From Anaeramoeba ignava BMAN (lineage: Eukaryota > Protista > Anaeramoebae), in contig JAPDFW010000080.1 of NCBI GenBank assembly GCA_028826165.1, positions 1 through 64,000 on the forward strand: a DNA stretch of 64,000 nt. The letters run 5' to 3'. The notes beneath the pieces are model-generated. The model was given only the letters and a program-made list of their open reading frames with translations. It was not told the DNA's origin and did not search any database. Positions 50,261 to 62,061 of the stretch are shown one piece after another (the first letter of the stretch is position 1; each line of letters starts with the position of its first letter). The position numbers and the translations under genes were made by a program.

Positions 50261-51889
50261 ATGGATTTTGATCAATTAAAATTTAATAAAATTTTACAAA
50301 AACAAACAACATTCGAAATAACAGAAAATCAAAAAAAAACAGCAGAAGAAAATGGTTTTAATTTACTTCCAAATGAACGTAAAAAGGATTATTAATATAA
50401 AATTGAAAATAAAATTTAAATTTAAATTTAAATTGAAAAATTTTCTGTTTTCTGTTTTTTTTTGATCATTTTAGTTCTTCTTGAAATTTTTCAATATTTG
50501 GGTATTAGAGAACTTTTAATGCTTTCTCTTGTTAATTCTCAACTTTCTTATGTTTCAGATGATTTAATTTTATGGAGAGATTTAATTCATCAAAATGTTG
50601 GAATTTTAGATTTTGATGAATTAAGTACTAATTCATCTGAAATTAAAATTGCAAAAAAAATTGGATTACAAGAAATTTTCGAACAAGAAAAAACAGATTC
50701 TTATGATTCTATTCCAACAAATAAATTAACACCAAAAAATCCAAAAAAAGAAGAAATTTATAATTTTCCAAAAAGGTTTTTTTTGGAACAAGTGAAAAAA
50801 GTGAAAAAAGCAGAAAAACAAATTCAACAGAATTTAAACCGTCAAAACAGAATTACAAAAATGGGCAAATTTATTGACAAATATATCAATTCATTTGTAA
50901 TTGGAGGATCAATTTTTTGCATGTTTTTATATCCTTCTTTAATGATTACTTTAAGAGCTGATGAAAGTTATAAATCAACTTGGATTGTTCCATTTCTATC
51001 ACTTATTTTATTATCAATAATATATGCAATTTGGACAATATTTGCAATTTGGACAATTGATCATAGAGAAAACAATGAAGATTATTATATGTTCTGGGCA
51101 ATTTTTTTTGCTTCTCTTATTACTTGTGCTTTTTTGTTTGTTTTAGCTCTTTATTTGGATGGAAAAATTACAATTTCTTTATCAAGAGTTTTAGTCATGT
51201 TTCATGTTGCGACAGGAATTTTTCAATTATTTTCAATTGTTGGATTTATTTCGATTGCCATTCGTAGATTTTTAACATTTAAAATATTAAATTAAATATT
51301 AAAATATTAAATTAAATTAAATATTAAATTAAATATTAAAATAAATATTAAAATAAATATTAAAATATTAAAATAAACATTAAAATAAATATTAAAATAA
51401 ATATTAAATTAAATATTAAAATATTAAATTAAATATTAAAATATTAAATTAAATATTAAAATATTAAAATAAAAAGGGAATCGATCTCGCCTTTTAGAAT
51501 ATATTCTCTTAATGGAAATTTTTGCTTTGGGATTAATTGTTTTAGATATTAGTGCAAGTTTAACAGAGAAAAAAATTAATGGAGCAGATTTTTCTTGGTC
51601 ATTAGTTTTACTTCCAGAATTTTGTTATAATTTTCTAATTTTGGTTGGATTAATTGTATTTGCATTATATCAAAAAATTCATGAGGGAAGTTATTCAACA
51701 ATGCTAGCAATTTTACCTTTTATTCTTATTCTAATTCTTTTTACTTTATCAGAAATTTTTATTGCTTTAAAACTTGATAATAATTTTAATAAGTCTTGGA
51801 TTGTTATTTCATTACCTATTTTAATCCCATCCTTTTTATTATCAATTATCACAGGAAAATTAGGTTGGAGTAATTATAAACAAAATTAA
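50261..51889 (+). CDS. F-box + multi-pass TMEM185/TMEM60-like membrane protein; 3 exons
   Basis: F-box spans intron 1: FNLLPNE|LLLEIFQYLGIRELLMLSLVNSQL...DLILWRDL. About 8 TM helices with repeated ITLRADE..STWIVPF, LALYLDGKITIS and IALKLDNNFNKSWIVISLPI motifs. Confidence 0.78.
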
Positions 51890-51914
51890 TCAATTTTAAT
51901 TTTTTTTTGAGTAA

Positions 51915-53795
51915 TTTATTTCCATTTTTTAATAAATTTATTCCATTTTTATTTTATTAAATTTATTTCCATTTTTTAATAAATTTGTTCCACTTTTTTG
52001 TTATTAAATTTATTTCAATTTATTTTATTAAATTTATTTTATTTTATTTTATTAAATTTATTCCATTTTTTTGTTATTAAATTTATTCCAATTTATTTTA
52101 TTAGATTTATTCCACTTTATTTTATTAAATTTATTTTATTAAATTTATTTTATTAAATTTATTCCATTTTATTTTATTAAATTTATTTCAATTTATTTTA
52201 TTAAATTTATTTTATTAAATTTATTTTATTTTATTTTATTAAATTTATTTTATTTTATTTTATTAAATTTGTTCCACTTTTTGTTATTAAATTTATTCCA
52301 CTTTTTGTTATTAAATTTATTCCACTTTTTGTTATTAAATTTATTCGATTTATTTTATTAAATTTATTTCATTTTATTTTATTAAATTTATTTCAATTTA
52401 TTTTATTAAATTTATTCCATTTTTATTTTATTAAATTTATTTCATTTTATTTTTATTAAATTTATTTTATTTTATTAAATTTATTTCATTTTATTTTATT
52501 AAATTTATTCCATTTTATTTTATTAAATTTATTCCAATTTATTTTATTAAATTTATTTCATTTTATTTTATTTTATTTTTATTAAATTTATTTTATTAGA
52601 TTTATTTTATTTTATTAAATTTATTTTATTAAATTTATTTCATTTTATTTTATTAAATTTATTTTTATTTTTATTAAATTTATTTTATTTTAATTTATTT
52701 TATTAAATTTATTTCATTTTATTTTATTAAATTTATTTCATTTTATTTTATTAGATTTATTTCATTTTATTTTATTAAATTTATTCCATTTTATTTTATT
52801 AAATTTATTCCATTTTATGTTATTAAATTTATTCCATTTTATTTTTATTAAATTTATTTTATTTTATTTTATTAAATTTATTTTTATTTTATTTTATTAA
52901 ATTTATTTTTATTTTATTTTATTAAATTTATTTTATTTTATTTTTATTAAATTTATTTCCATTTTTTAATAAATTTGTTCCACTTTTTGTTATTAAATTT
53001 GTTTCAATTTATTTTTAATAAATTTATTCCACTTTTTTTTATTAAATTTGTTCCATTTTTAATAAATTTATTTTATTTTTATTTTATTAAATTTATTTCC
53101 ATTTTATTTTATTAAATTTATTCCACTTTATTTTATTAAATTTATTTTATTTATTTTATTAGATTTATTCCATTTTATTTTATTAGATTTATTCCATTTT
53201 ATTTTAATAAATTTATTCTATTTTATTTTTATTAAATTTATTCCATTTTTTTGTTATTAAATTTATTTTATTTTTATTTTATTAAATTTATTCCATTTTA
53301 TTTTATTAAATTTATTCCATTTTATTTTATTAAATTTATTCCATTTTATTTTATTAAATTTATTCCAATTTATTTTATTTTATTAAATTTATTCCATTTT
53401 ATTTTATTAAATTTATTCCAATTTATTTTATTTTATTAAATTTATTCCAATTTATTTTATTAAATTTATTCCAATTTATTTTATTAAATTTGTTTCAATT
53501 TATTTTTATTAAATTTATTCCAATTTATTTTATTAAATTTATTTTATTTTATTTTATTTTATTAAATTTATTTTATTAAATTTATTCCAATTTATTTTAT
53601 TAAATTTATTTCATTTTTTAATAAATTTGTTCCACTTTTTTGTTATTAAATTTGTTTCAATTTATTTTATTAAATTTATTCCACTTTTTTGTTATTAAAT
53701 TTATTTTATTTTATTTTATTAAATTTATTTTATTTTATTTTATTAAATTTATGTTATTAAATTTATTTCATTTATTTTATTAAATTTATTCCAAT
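51915..53795. repeat. Intergenic ~20-25-nt minisatellite (TTATTAAATTTATTCCATTTTATT)
   Basis: Visible degenerate tandem array, about 1.9 kb. Confidence 0.93.
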
Positions 53796-53846
53796 TTTTT
53801 TTTTTTTCATTTTTTTATCATTTTTTTCTCATTTTTTTTTTGAGGG

Positions 53847-55800
53847 ATGAAAACTTTTTCAAATAAAAAACAACAAAATAATTACATAAAACAACTTCAT
53901 TTATCAGAAAAATCATTAATTCTTTTAAATCAAAATCGACAAATAATTGAAATAAATGAAAATGCAATTAAATTATTTGGATTTGAAGATATAAATAATT
54001 TACAAAATTCAAGACTAAGTAATTTTTGTCCTAGATTTCAAAATCATATGGAAATGCTCAGTGAAGTTGCTTTAATTATGATTACTACAAAAAGTTTTGA
54101 GTAAATTCCTTTTAAAACATTTTTTCACAAAGAAATAAAATAATTTTTTTTTTTGAATTATTTTAAATGGTAATTTTTAACTTATTTTTTTTTTTCAATC
54201 AAAAAAAAGACCTCCAAATGAATGCGATTTTCAATTTCAATTTATTCGTTCTGGAAATAGTAAATTTTGGGCTCAAGTTCATGTATATTTTTTACTTTCC
54301 AAATTTCCCAAAATTAAAATTAAAATTAAAATTCATTTATAAAATTCATTTCAAAATTCATTTCAAAATTAAAATTTAAAATTAAAATTAAAATTAAAAT
54401 TAAAATTAAAATTAAAATTAATATTAAAATTAAAATTAAAATAATAATTAAAATTCATTTATAAAATTAAAATTCAAATTAAAATTAAAATTAAAATTAA
54501 AATTAAAATTAAAATTATAATTATAATTAAAATTAAAATTATAAAGTTATGTCCACTAAAAATTCTTGAAGAAAATTTTGTTGAATTACAAATTCAAGAA
54601 ATACAACCATTAGAAAAATTTGCACAAGAAACAAATTCTGATTGGAGTGAAGCTGTGGATATTTTATCAACTTCATCAACACTTTTGGGTCAAATTGAAA
54701 AATTCATTTCTTCTGATGATGATATGCGAAATTTTCCACAAGAAAAATTTACACAATCAATCAAATCTTCAAGTCCATTTGAAAAAGAAAACCAAATCAA
54801 TTCCAAAAAAGAAAATCAAGAACAATTTCCTCTTGAATTTTTTGAAGAAAAACAAGAAAATATTTTACAAAATGATTCAGAAAATTTATTAAAACAAGAA
54901 GCATTATTTAATTTAGATAATTCTGAAGAATTTAATGAAAATCAAGAAAATTTTGAAAAAAATAATTCAAAAAACAATGTTATCAATAATATCAATAATA
55001 ATAATAAGAGTAATGAAAATGTTAATAATACCAACACTGAAAATATACAAATATCTCCAAATCAACCAAACCAAAACGAACTTTTTAAACCAACTACATT
55101 TACAAATGAAAATTTTGATAATTTTGAAAATTTCGGAAATTTTCCAAATTATTTACTCAATTTACAAAACAGCGTAAATTTACATTCATTTCCATCAACA
55201 TTAACATCATCTGCTTTAAAATATCTAGTGCATTCAATATCGGATAAAAATATATTGTTTGAAAATATGCAAAATTATCCAAGTTTTTTGCAACATTCAT
55301 TCCAAAAATCATATTCAGAAAATTCTGTTTTAAATAAAAATGAAAATCCATCATTTATTTTCCAAAAAATGGATCAACATCCATTATTGAATACAAAATT
55401 GATTGATTCAAAGCATCAACAAATTATTGATTTAATTCAAGATTTGGAAAAGCAATCCAAATTTTTCCCTCAAGAACAACAAGAAATGATTCATAATTAT
55501 TTGCAAGCAATTGCTGATTCTTCTTTATTTTCTTTTCAAGAAATTAAGAATCAAATTATTTTATTGATTGACCAAATTAATAGCAATAGAAAATATAATC
55601 AACAAGAATATTCAACTCTTAAAGGAATTGTTTCTCAAAATTCTCAAAGTGTAAAAAATAATCAAGATTTATTGAAAAAATTAGAAGAAGAAAATTTATT
55701 TCTCAAAAATCAACTCAAACAAATTCTTTTAATTGGAAAAAAAGCAACAGATATTAACAAAAAGATTATTGAAGAAATGAATCATTTGAAAAAGATTTAA
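53847..55800 (+). CDS. PAS-domain protein with N-rich linker and C-terminal coiled coil; 3 exons
   Basis: SLILLNQNRQIIEINENAIKLFGF...LSNFCP, then spliced DFQFQFIRSGNSKFWAQVH|LCPLKI...VELQIQEI, which fits the PAS/PAC pattern. The last exon includes ORF 54655-55800. Confidence 0.7.
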
Positions 55801-57750
55801 TTTGAAAAAGATTTAATTTAAAAAAGATTTAATTTAAAAAAGATTTGATTTAAAAAAGATTTAATTTAAAAAAGAATTAATTTAAAAAAGAATTAATTTA
55901 AAAAAGAATTAATTTAAAAAAGAATTAATTTGAAAAAGATTTATTTAAAAAAGAATTAATTTAAAAAAGATTTAATTTAAAAAAGAATTAATTTGAAAAA
56001 GATTTAATTTAAAAAAGAATTAATTTAAAAAAAGATTTAATTTAAAAAAGAATTGATTTGAAAAAAGATTTAATTTAAAAAAGAATTAATTTAAAAAAGA
56101 ATTAATTTAAAAAAGAATTAATTTGAAAAAGAATTAATTTTAAAAAGATTTAATTTAAAAAAGATTTAATTTTAAAAAAGAATTAATTTAAAAAAAGATT
56201 TAATTTAAAAAAGATTTAATTTAAAAAAGATTTGATTTAAAAAAGAATTAATTTAAAAAAGATTTGATTTGAAAAAGATTTAATTTAAAAAAGAATTAAT
56301 TTAAAAAAGATTTAATTTGAAAAAGATTTAATTTAAAAAAGAATTAATTTAAAAAAGATTTAATTTAAAAAAAGATTTAATTTAAAAAAGATTTAATTTA
56401 AAAAAAGATTTAATTTGAAAAAGATTTAATTTAAAAAAGAATTAATTTGAAAAAGATTTAATTTAAAAAAGAATTAATTTAAAAAAGAATTAATTTGAAA
56501 AAGATTTAATTTAAAAAAAGATTTAATTTAAAAAAGAATTAATTTAAAAAAGATTTGATTTAAAAAAGAATTAATTTAAAAAAGATTTAATTTAAAAAAG
56601 ATTTAATTTAAAAAAAGAATTAATTTAAAAAAGATTTAATTTAAAAAAGAATTAATTTAAAAAAAGAATTAATTTGAAAAAAGAATTAATTTGAAAAAGA
56701 ATTAATTTGAAAAAGATTTGATTTAAAAAAAGATTTAATTTAAAAAAGATTTGATTTAAAAAAAGATTTAAATTGAAAAAGATTTGATTTAAAAAAGATT
56801 TAATTTAAAAAAGATTTAATTTAAAAAAGAATTAATTTGAAAAAGATTTGATTTAAAAAAAGATTTGATTTGAAAAAGATTTAATTTTAAAAAGATTTAA
56901 TTTGAAAAAGAATTAATTTAAAAAAGAATTAATTTGAAAAAGAATTAATTTAAAAAAGAATTAATTTAAAAAAGATTTGATTTAAAAAAGAATTAATTTA
57001 AAAAAGATTTAATTTAAAAAAGATTTAATTTGAAAAAGAATTAATTTAAAAAAGATTTAATTTAAAAAAGAATTAATTTAAAAAAAGAATTAATTTGAAA
57101 AAGAATTAATTTGAAAAAGAATTAATTTGAAAAAGATTTGATTTAAAAAAAGATTTAATTTAAAAAAGATTTGATTTAAAAAAAGATTTAATTTAAAAAA
57201 GATTTGATTTAAAAAAAGATTTGATTTAAAAAAGAATTAATTTGAAAAAGATTTGATTTGAAAAAGATTTAATTTAAAAAAGAATTAATTTAAAAAAGAA
57301 TTAATTTGAAAAAGATTTAATTTAAAAAAGAATTAATTTAAAAAAGATTTAATTTAAAAAAGAATTAATTTAAAAAAGATTTAATTTAAAAAAGAATTAA
57401 TTTAAAAAAGATTTGATTTAAAAAAGAATTAATTTGAAAAAGATTTAATTTAAAAAAGAATTAATTTAAAAAAGATTTAATTTAAAAAAGAATTGATTTA
57501 AAAAAGATTTAATTTAAAAAAAGATTTAATTTGAAAAAGATTTAATTTAAAAAAGAATTGATTTAAAAAAGATTTAATTTGAAAAAGATTTAATTTGAAA
57601 AAAGAATTAATTTAAAAAAGAATTAATTTGAAAAAGATTTAATTTGAAAAAGATTTAATTTAAAAAAGATTTAATTTGAAAAAGAATTAATTTAAAAAAG
57701 ATTTAATTTAAAAAAAGATTTAATTTGAAAAAGATTTGATTTGAAAAAGA
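55785..57750. repeat. 16-nt minisatellite (GATTTAATTTAAAAAA) between convergent genes
   Basis: Visible array of about 2 kb. It begins inside the last codons of the PAS gene (TTGAAAAAGATTTAA). Confidence 0.95.
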
Positions 57751-57940
57751 AAGTTTTTATTTTTTTTCTCTTTCTTTCTTGTAAATAACTTTTAGTTTGG
57801 AAAATGAAAATTAAAATTAAAATTAAAATTAAAATTAAAATTAAAATTTATTAATAATTTTTATTGATCAAAAAAATCTAAATCTAAATCTAAATCTAAA
57901 TCAAAAGAAAGAAAAAAATTCAATTTTCAATTTTCAATTC

Positions 57941-59213
57941 TCAATTTGAATTTGAATCTGAATCTGAATCTGAATTTGAATTTGAACTTTCATCATTTGA
58001 AGGAAGAAAATCATCAACAACATTAATTTTTTTTGACCAAAATCTCAAATTATCTCTTAATAATTGAAGAATTAAATTAGAATCATTATAAAATTTTTTA
58101 GACAAGGAATCCATTTGAATAACTGCTTCATCAAATGCTTTTTTTGCAATTTGTTGTGCTTGATCAGGATGATTTAATATTTCATAACAAAATACTGAAT
58201 AATTTAATGCTAAACTTAATCTTGTTGGATGTGATGTATGAAGTACTTGTTCTGCAATTTCTCGTGCTTTTTCATATGATTTTAATCCTAATTCACTTGC
58301 TTGTTTTCTTTCTTCTTCTCTTAAAAATTCTGCTTTATATCGATAAAAATCTCCTTTTCTAAAATTAAATATAAAATTCAATATAAAATTAAAATTTAAA
58401 TTCAATATAAAATTCATTATAAAATTAAAATTAAAATTCAATATAAAATTAAAATTAAAATTAAAATTCATTATAAAATTCATTATAAAATTCATTTATA
58501 AAATTAAATATAAAATTCATTTATAAAATTAAATATAAAATTCATTTATAAAATTAAAATTAAAATTCAAATTAAAATTAAAATTAAAATTAAAATTAAA
58601 ATTAAAATTAAAATTAAAATTAAATTAAAATTCATTTATAAAATTAAAATTAAAAATAAAATTAAAATTAAAATTAAAATTAAATTAAAATTAAAATTAA
58701 AATTCATTTATAAAATTAAAATTAAAATTCATTTATAAAATTCATTATAAAATTCTCTTACAATTTTAAATAAAAAACTCGTGATTCCTCAAGAATTGAA
58801 TTAGGAATCAAATAATTATCTAAAATTCCAAAAATTTCATTTATAATTTCAGAAAGTTCTTTTTCAATTTTAACTCTCAATTCTTGAACTAATTTAACTT
58901 TTTCAAAATTTCCTAAATTTAATTCATTTTGTTCAATTTCAGAAACAATTTGCCATGAATTTCTTCTTGTATTAATTAAATTCTTCCAATTATCAAAAAG
59001 AAGATCTCTTTCTTCAACTGAAAATTGAATTGAATTGTCTTTTAAAATTAATTCTTTCATAATTTTTACTGTTTCTATTTTATTTTAATAAAATTTAATT
59101 ATAAAAATATTTTTGATGATTTTTTCCTTTTTTTTTTTTTTACCTTCAAAAGAATTTGCTTTTACACAAATTTTTGCTAAATTAATTTGGATTTGTTTTT
59201 CATATTTTTGCAT
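57941..59213 (-). CDS. 14-3-3 protein, divergent; exons 59213-59144, 59074-58762, 58358-57941
   Basis: FSVEERDLL...KNLINTRRNSWQIVSEIEQ; ESRVFYLKL|KGDFYRYKAEF; HPTRLSLALNYSVFCYEILN; YNDSNLILQLLRDNLRFW. Confidence 0.93.
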
Positions 59214-59296
59214 TTTTATTTTTATTTAAAAATTAAAAGAAAAAAATGAATAAAAGAAAAATCAAAAAAAAAATTTTTTTTATTTAATTTTCTCTT

Positions 59297-61851
59297 TTAA
59301 TCTGTTTTTTCAAATAATAAACAGAAAGAATCAAATTCATTTTCTTTTTCGTTTTTAATTATATTAATCGTTTTTTCTCGATCTTGAATTGCTTTTGGAA
59401 TTTCAATTTCTTCCCATTTATCAATTTGAATTTGTTTAAAATTATTCTCAATTTGAAAAATAAAAGATTCATCTAATTCTAATTTTTTTGGATCAAAATT
59501 GTGAATTAAATCTTTTTTAGAATAATAAATAATTGCTTGATTGTAAAAAAGTTCCAAATCTTTAGGAAAAATTTTTTCTTGATCAAATCTTTTTATTTTT
59601 AAAAAGAAAAAAAAAAGGAAATTTAGATAAAATTTAAATAAATTGGAATTTAAATTTGATTTTTTTTTTACTCATCAATTCCATAATTAGTTAGCAGTTT
59701 ATGAACTTGAAATAAATTCAATGATTTACAAACAGAAAAGCAAGATGAAAAAGATAAAGTATCCATTAATAAAAGTTTATTAGCTAAAACACAATCAATA
59801 ATTTCTTTAATAGAATCTAAATTTTCCCTAATTTTGTTTTTATTTTAAAAAAAAAAAAGCAAAAAATTTTTCAGTTTTTTTTTTTTTTGAAAATAAAAAT
59901 TACTTCAAATTGGAAAAACTTGAAGATTCGAACCAATCAAATAATGCGGATAAAGTTAATTTGAAATCCATTGCAAATCCATATCGACAAATTGATTTAT
60001 TATTAAGAAAAGAATTTAATATTATAGAACGAATAAAGTAAATAATTTGGGAAAAAATAGAATTAATCAGATCAAGAGGAAAAGAATTTTTTTGGAAAAT
60101 TTGGTTCAATTGATCAAAATAATTCACTAAAATTTGAGGATTATAATAACTTTCATCTGGCAATTTTCGAATAGGGTTATTGGATTTAGAACTTTTTTGT
60201 GATAAAATTTTCAGAATCATTGTGCTTATTCTTTTTCGTATTTTCTCGATTATTAAATTATAAATGACTGAGAAAAGTCGATCAATTTCTGAAATGAGTT
60301 TTAATATCTTCTCATTTTGATTGTTATTTTTTGGAAGGAATGAATGTTGCAAGAAATTAGAATATTCTTCATTTGGGTTTTGTTGCTGTCTTGTTTTTGA
60401 TAAAAATATTTTATGGAATAAATGTTTGAAATAAATTGTGTTTGAAAGTAACCAATAAATCTTGTTTGTGTTTTTTTTCTCAAATTTTTTCAGAAGCATT
60501 TCAAACGATTCAATGAGAACACGACTGATCGGTTCATTACTGTTGTTTCCATCCAAATATCCATTATTGCAAAAGAACTGGGTGACCAAAGAAGCTGAAA
60601 CAGGAATTCCGTTCGAATAAATTTGCTCTGAAACAAAAAAGCATCTTTTGATGATCCAGTTTTCCTTTTGAATATTATTTAATTTTCTGATATAATTTTT
60701 AAGTGAGATGAGAATTTTATTTTGAATTATATTTTCTTCCGTTTTCTTTTCCAATTCTTTTTGGAGTAATCCAAATTCTTGATTTTTTGATTCCAATAAT
60801 TTATCTAAATGATTTTTTTTTTGATTAAGTTCATCTTGTTTCAAATCAGTTTCTGATTTAAGTTTTTCCATTTGGATTGAATGTAATTCCTTAATATTTT
60901 GTTGATCTTGTTGATATTTTTTTATTGATTCAGACAATTCTTCATTTTCTTTTTTCAATTCTTTTTGTGATTTATCAAGTGAGCTATTTTGTATTTTCAA
61001 ATTTTCAATTTGACTTTCCATTTTTGCCATTTCTCTTTTATTTTCCATCAACTCATTCTGCATTTTTTTTGATTCATTGATTTTTTGCAATAAACTTTCA
61101 TTATTTTTTTTCATTTCCTCATTTTTGCTCTCAAATTCTTTCTTCATTTGATCCATTTTATCCTTTTTGATTGAATATTTAGAAACATAATTTCGAATTT
61201 GGTTCATTAATTTTTGGTTCTTCTTTTTTTCGATTGAAATTTGAACTTTTTGATCTAAAATTTCTTGTTCTAAATTTTTTTTTGGAATTTTTTTTTGATT
61301 AAATTTGTTTTCTTCTTTATAAAAATTTGAATTTTGATTATTTTGATCCAATTCTAATTTTAAAAGGAAAGTAATTTGTTCTCCTTTTTCTTTTTTTTCT
61401 TTTAAATTGATTAAATTAAGAGAAATTTTTTTTTGTTCAAAAAGTTCATTTGGATTAAATTTGGACAGATCAAAATTTACAAAAGTAATTTTTTTATAAT
61501 CATTTTGAATTTGGGGGATTTTCTAAAAGCAAAAGAAAAAGGAAAAGCAAAATTAAAGAAAAAAAAAATTTTTTTTTTCAGTTTTTTTTTTGTTACAAAA
61601 TAAGTTTCAAATTTAAATATTTGATTTGAAAAATCATTATTTTTTATATTGGAAAGTGGAAATGAAAACTTTTGTTTTAGAATTGCTTTTCCATTTGAAT
61701 CAATATTAATTTCTTTTGTTTGGAATTTGTTTGAATTTTTTCTTAATGATATTATAATTGAAGAAAGTGGTTTAAATTCTTGGAGAGAAGTTATAACAAA
61801 ATTAACTTTAAAATTTAATTTTTTGGATTCTTGGAATAGATTTTGATTCAT
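59297..61851 (-). CDS. NT-C2-like + coiled-coil + Dilute (DIL) domain protein; about 4 exons
   Basis: N-terminal beta-rich C2-like segment (KFQTKEINIDSNGKAILKQKFSF...|KITFVNFDLSKF); long coiled coil; IYWLLSNT; IFSQIIYFIRSIILNSFLNNKSICRYGFAMDFKLTLSALFDWF (DIL, myosin-V cargo domain type). Confidence 0.75.
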
Positions 61852-62061
61852 TTTTAAAAATAAGAAAAGAATAACAAAAAAAAAAAATGAAAAAAATGAA
61901 AAGCCAAAAAAAAAAGCCAAAAAAAAAGCAAAAAAAGAATTTTAAAAAAAGGATTTTAAAAAAAGAAATTGACTTAATGAAAGGGGAAAAAGTAATTTTT
62001 ATTTAAATCTTATTTTGATCATTTAAATCTTATTTTGATCATTTAAATCTTATTTAATAAT

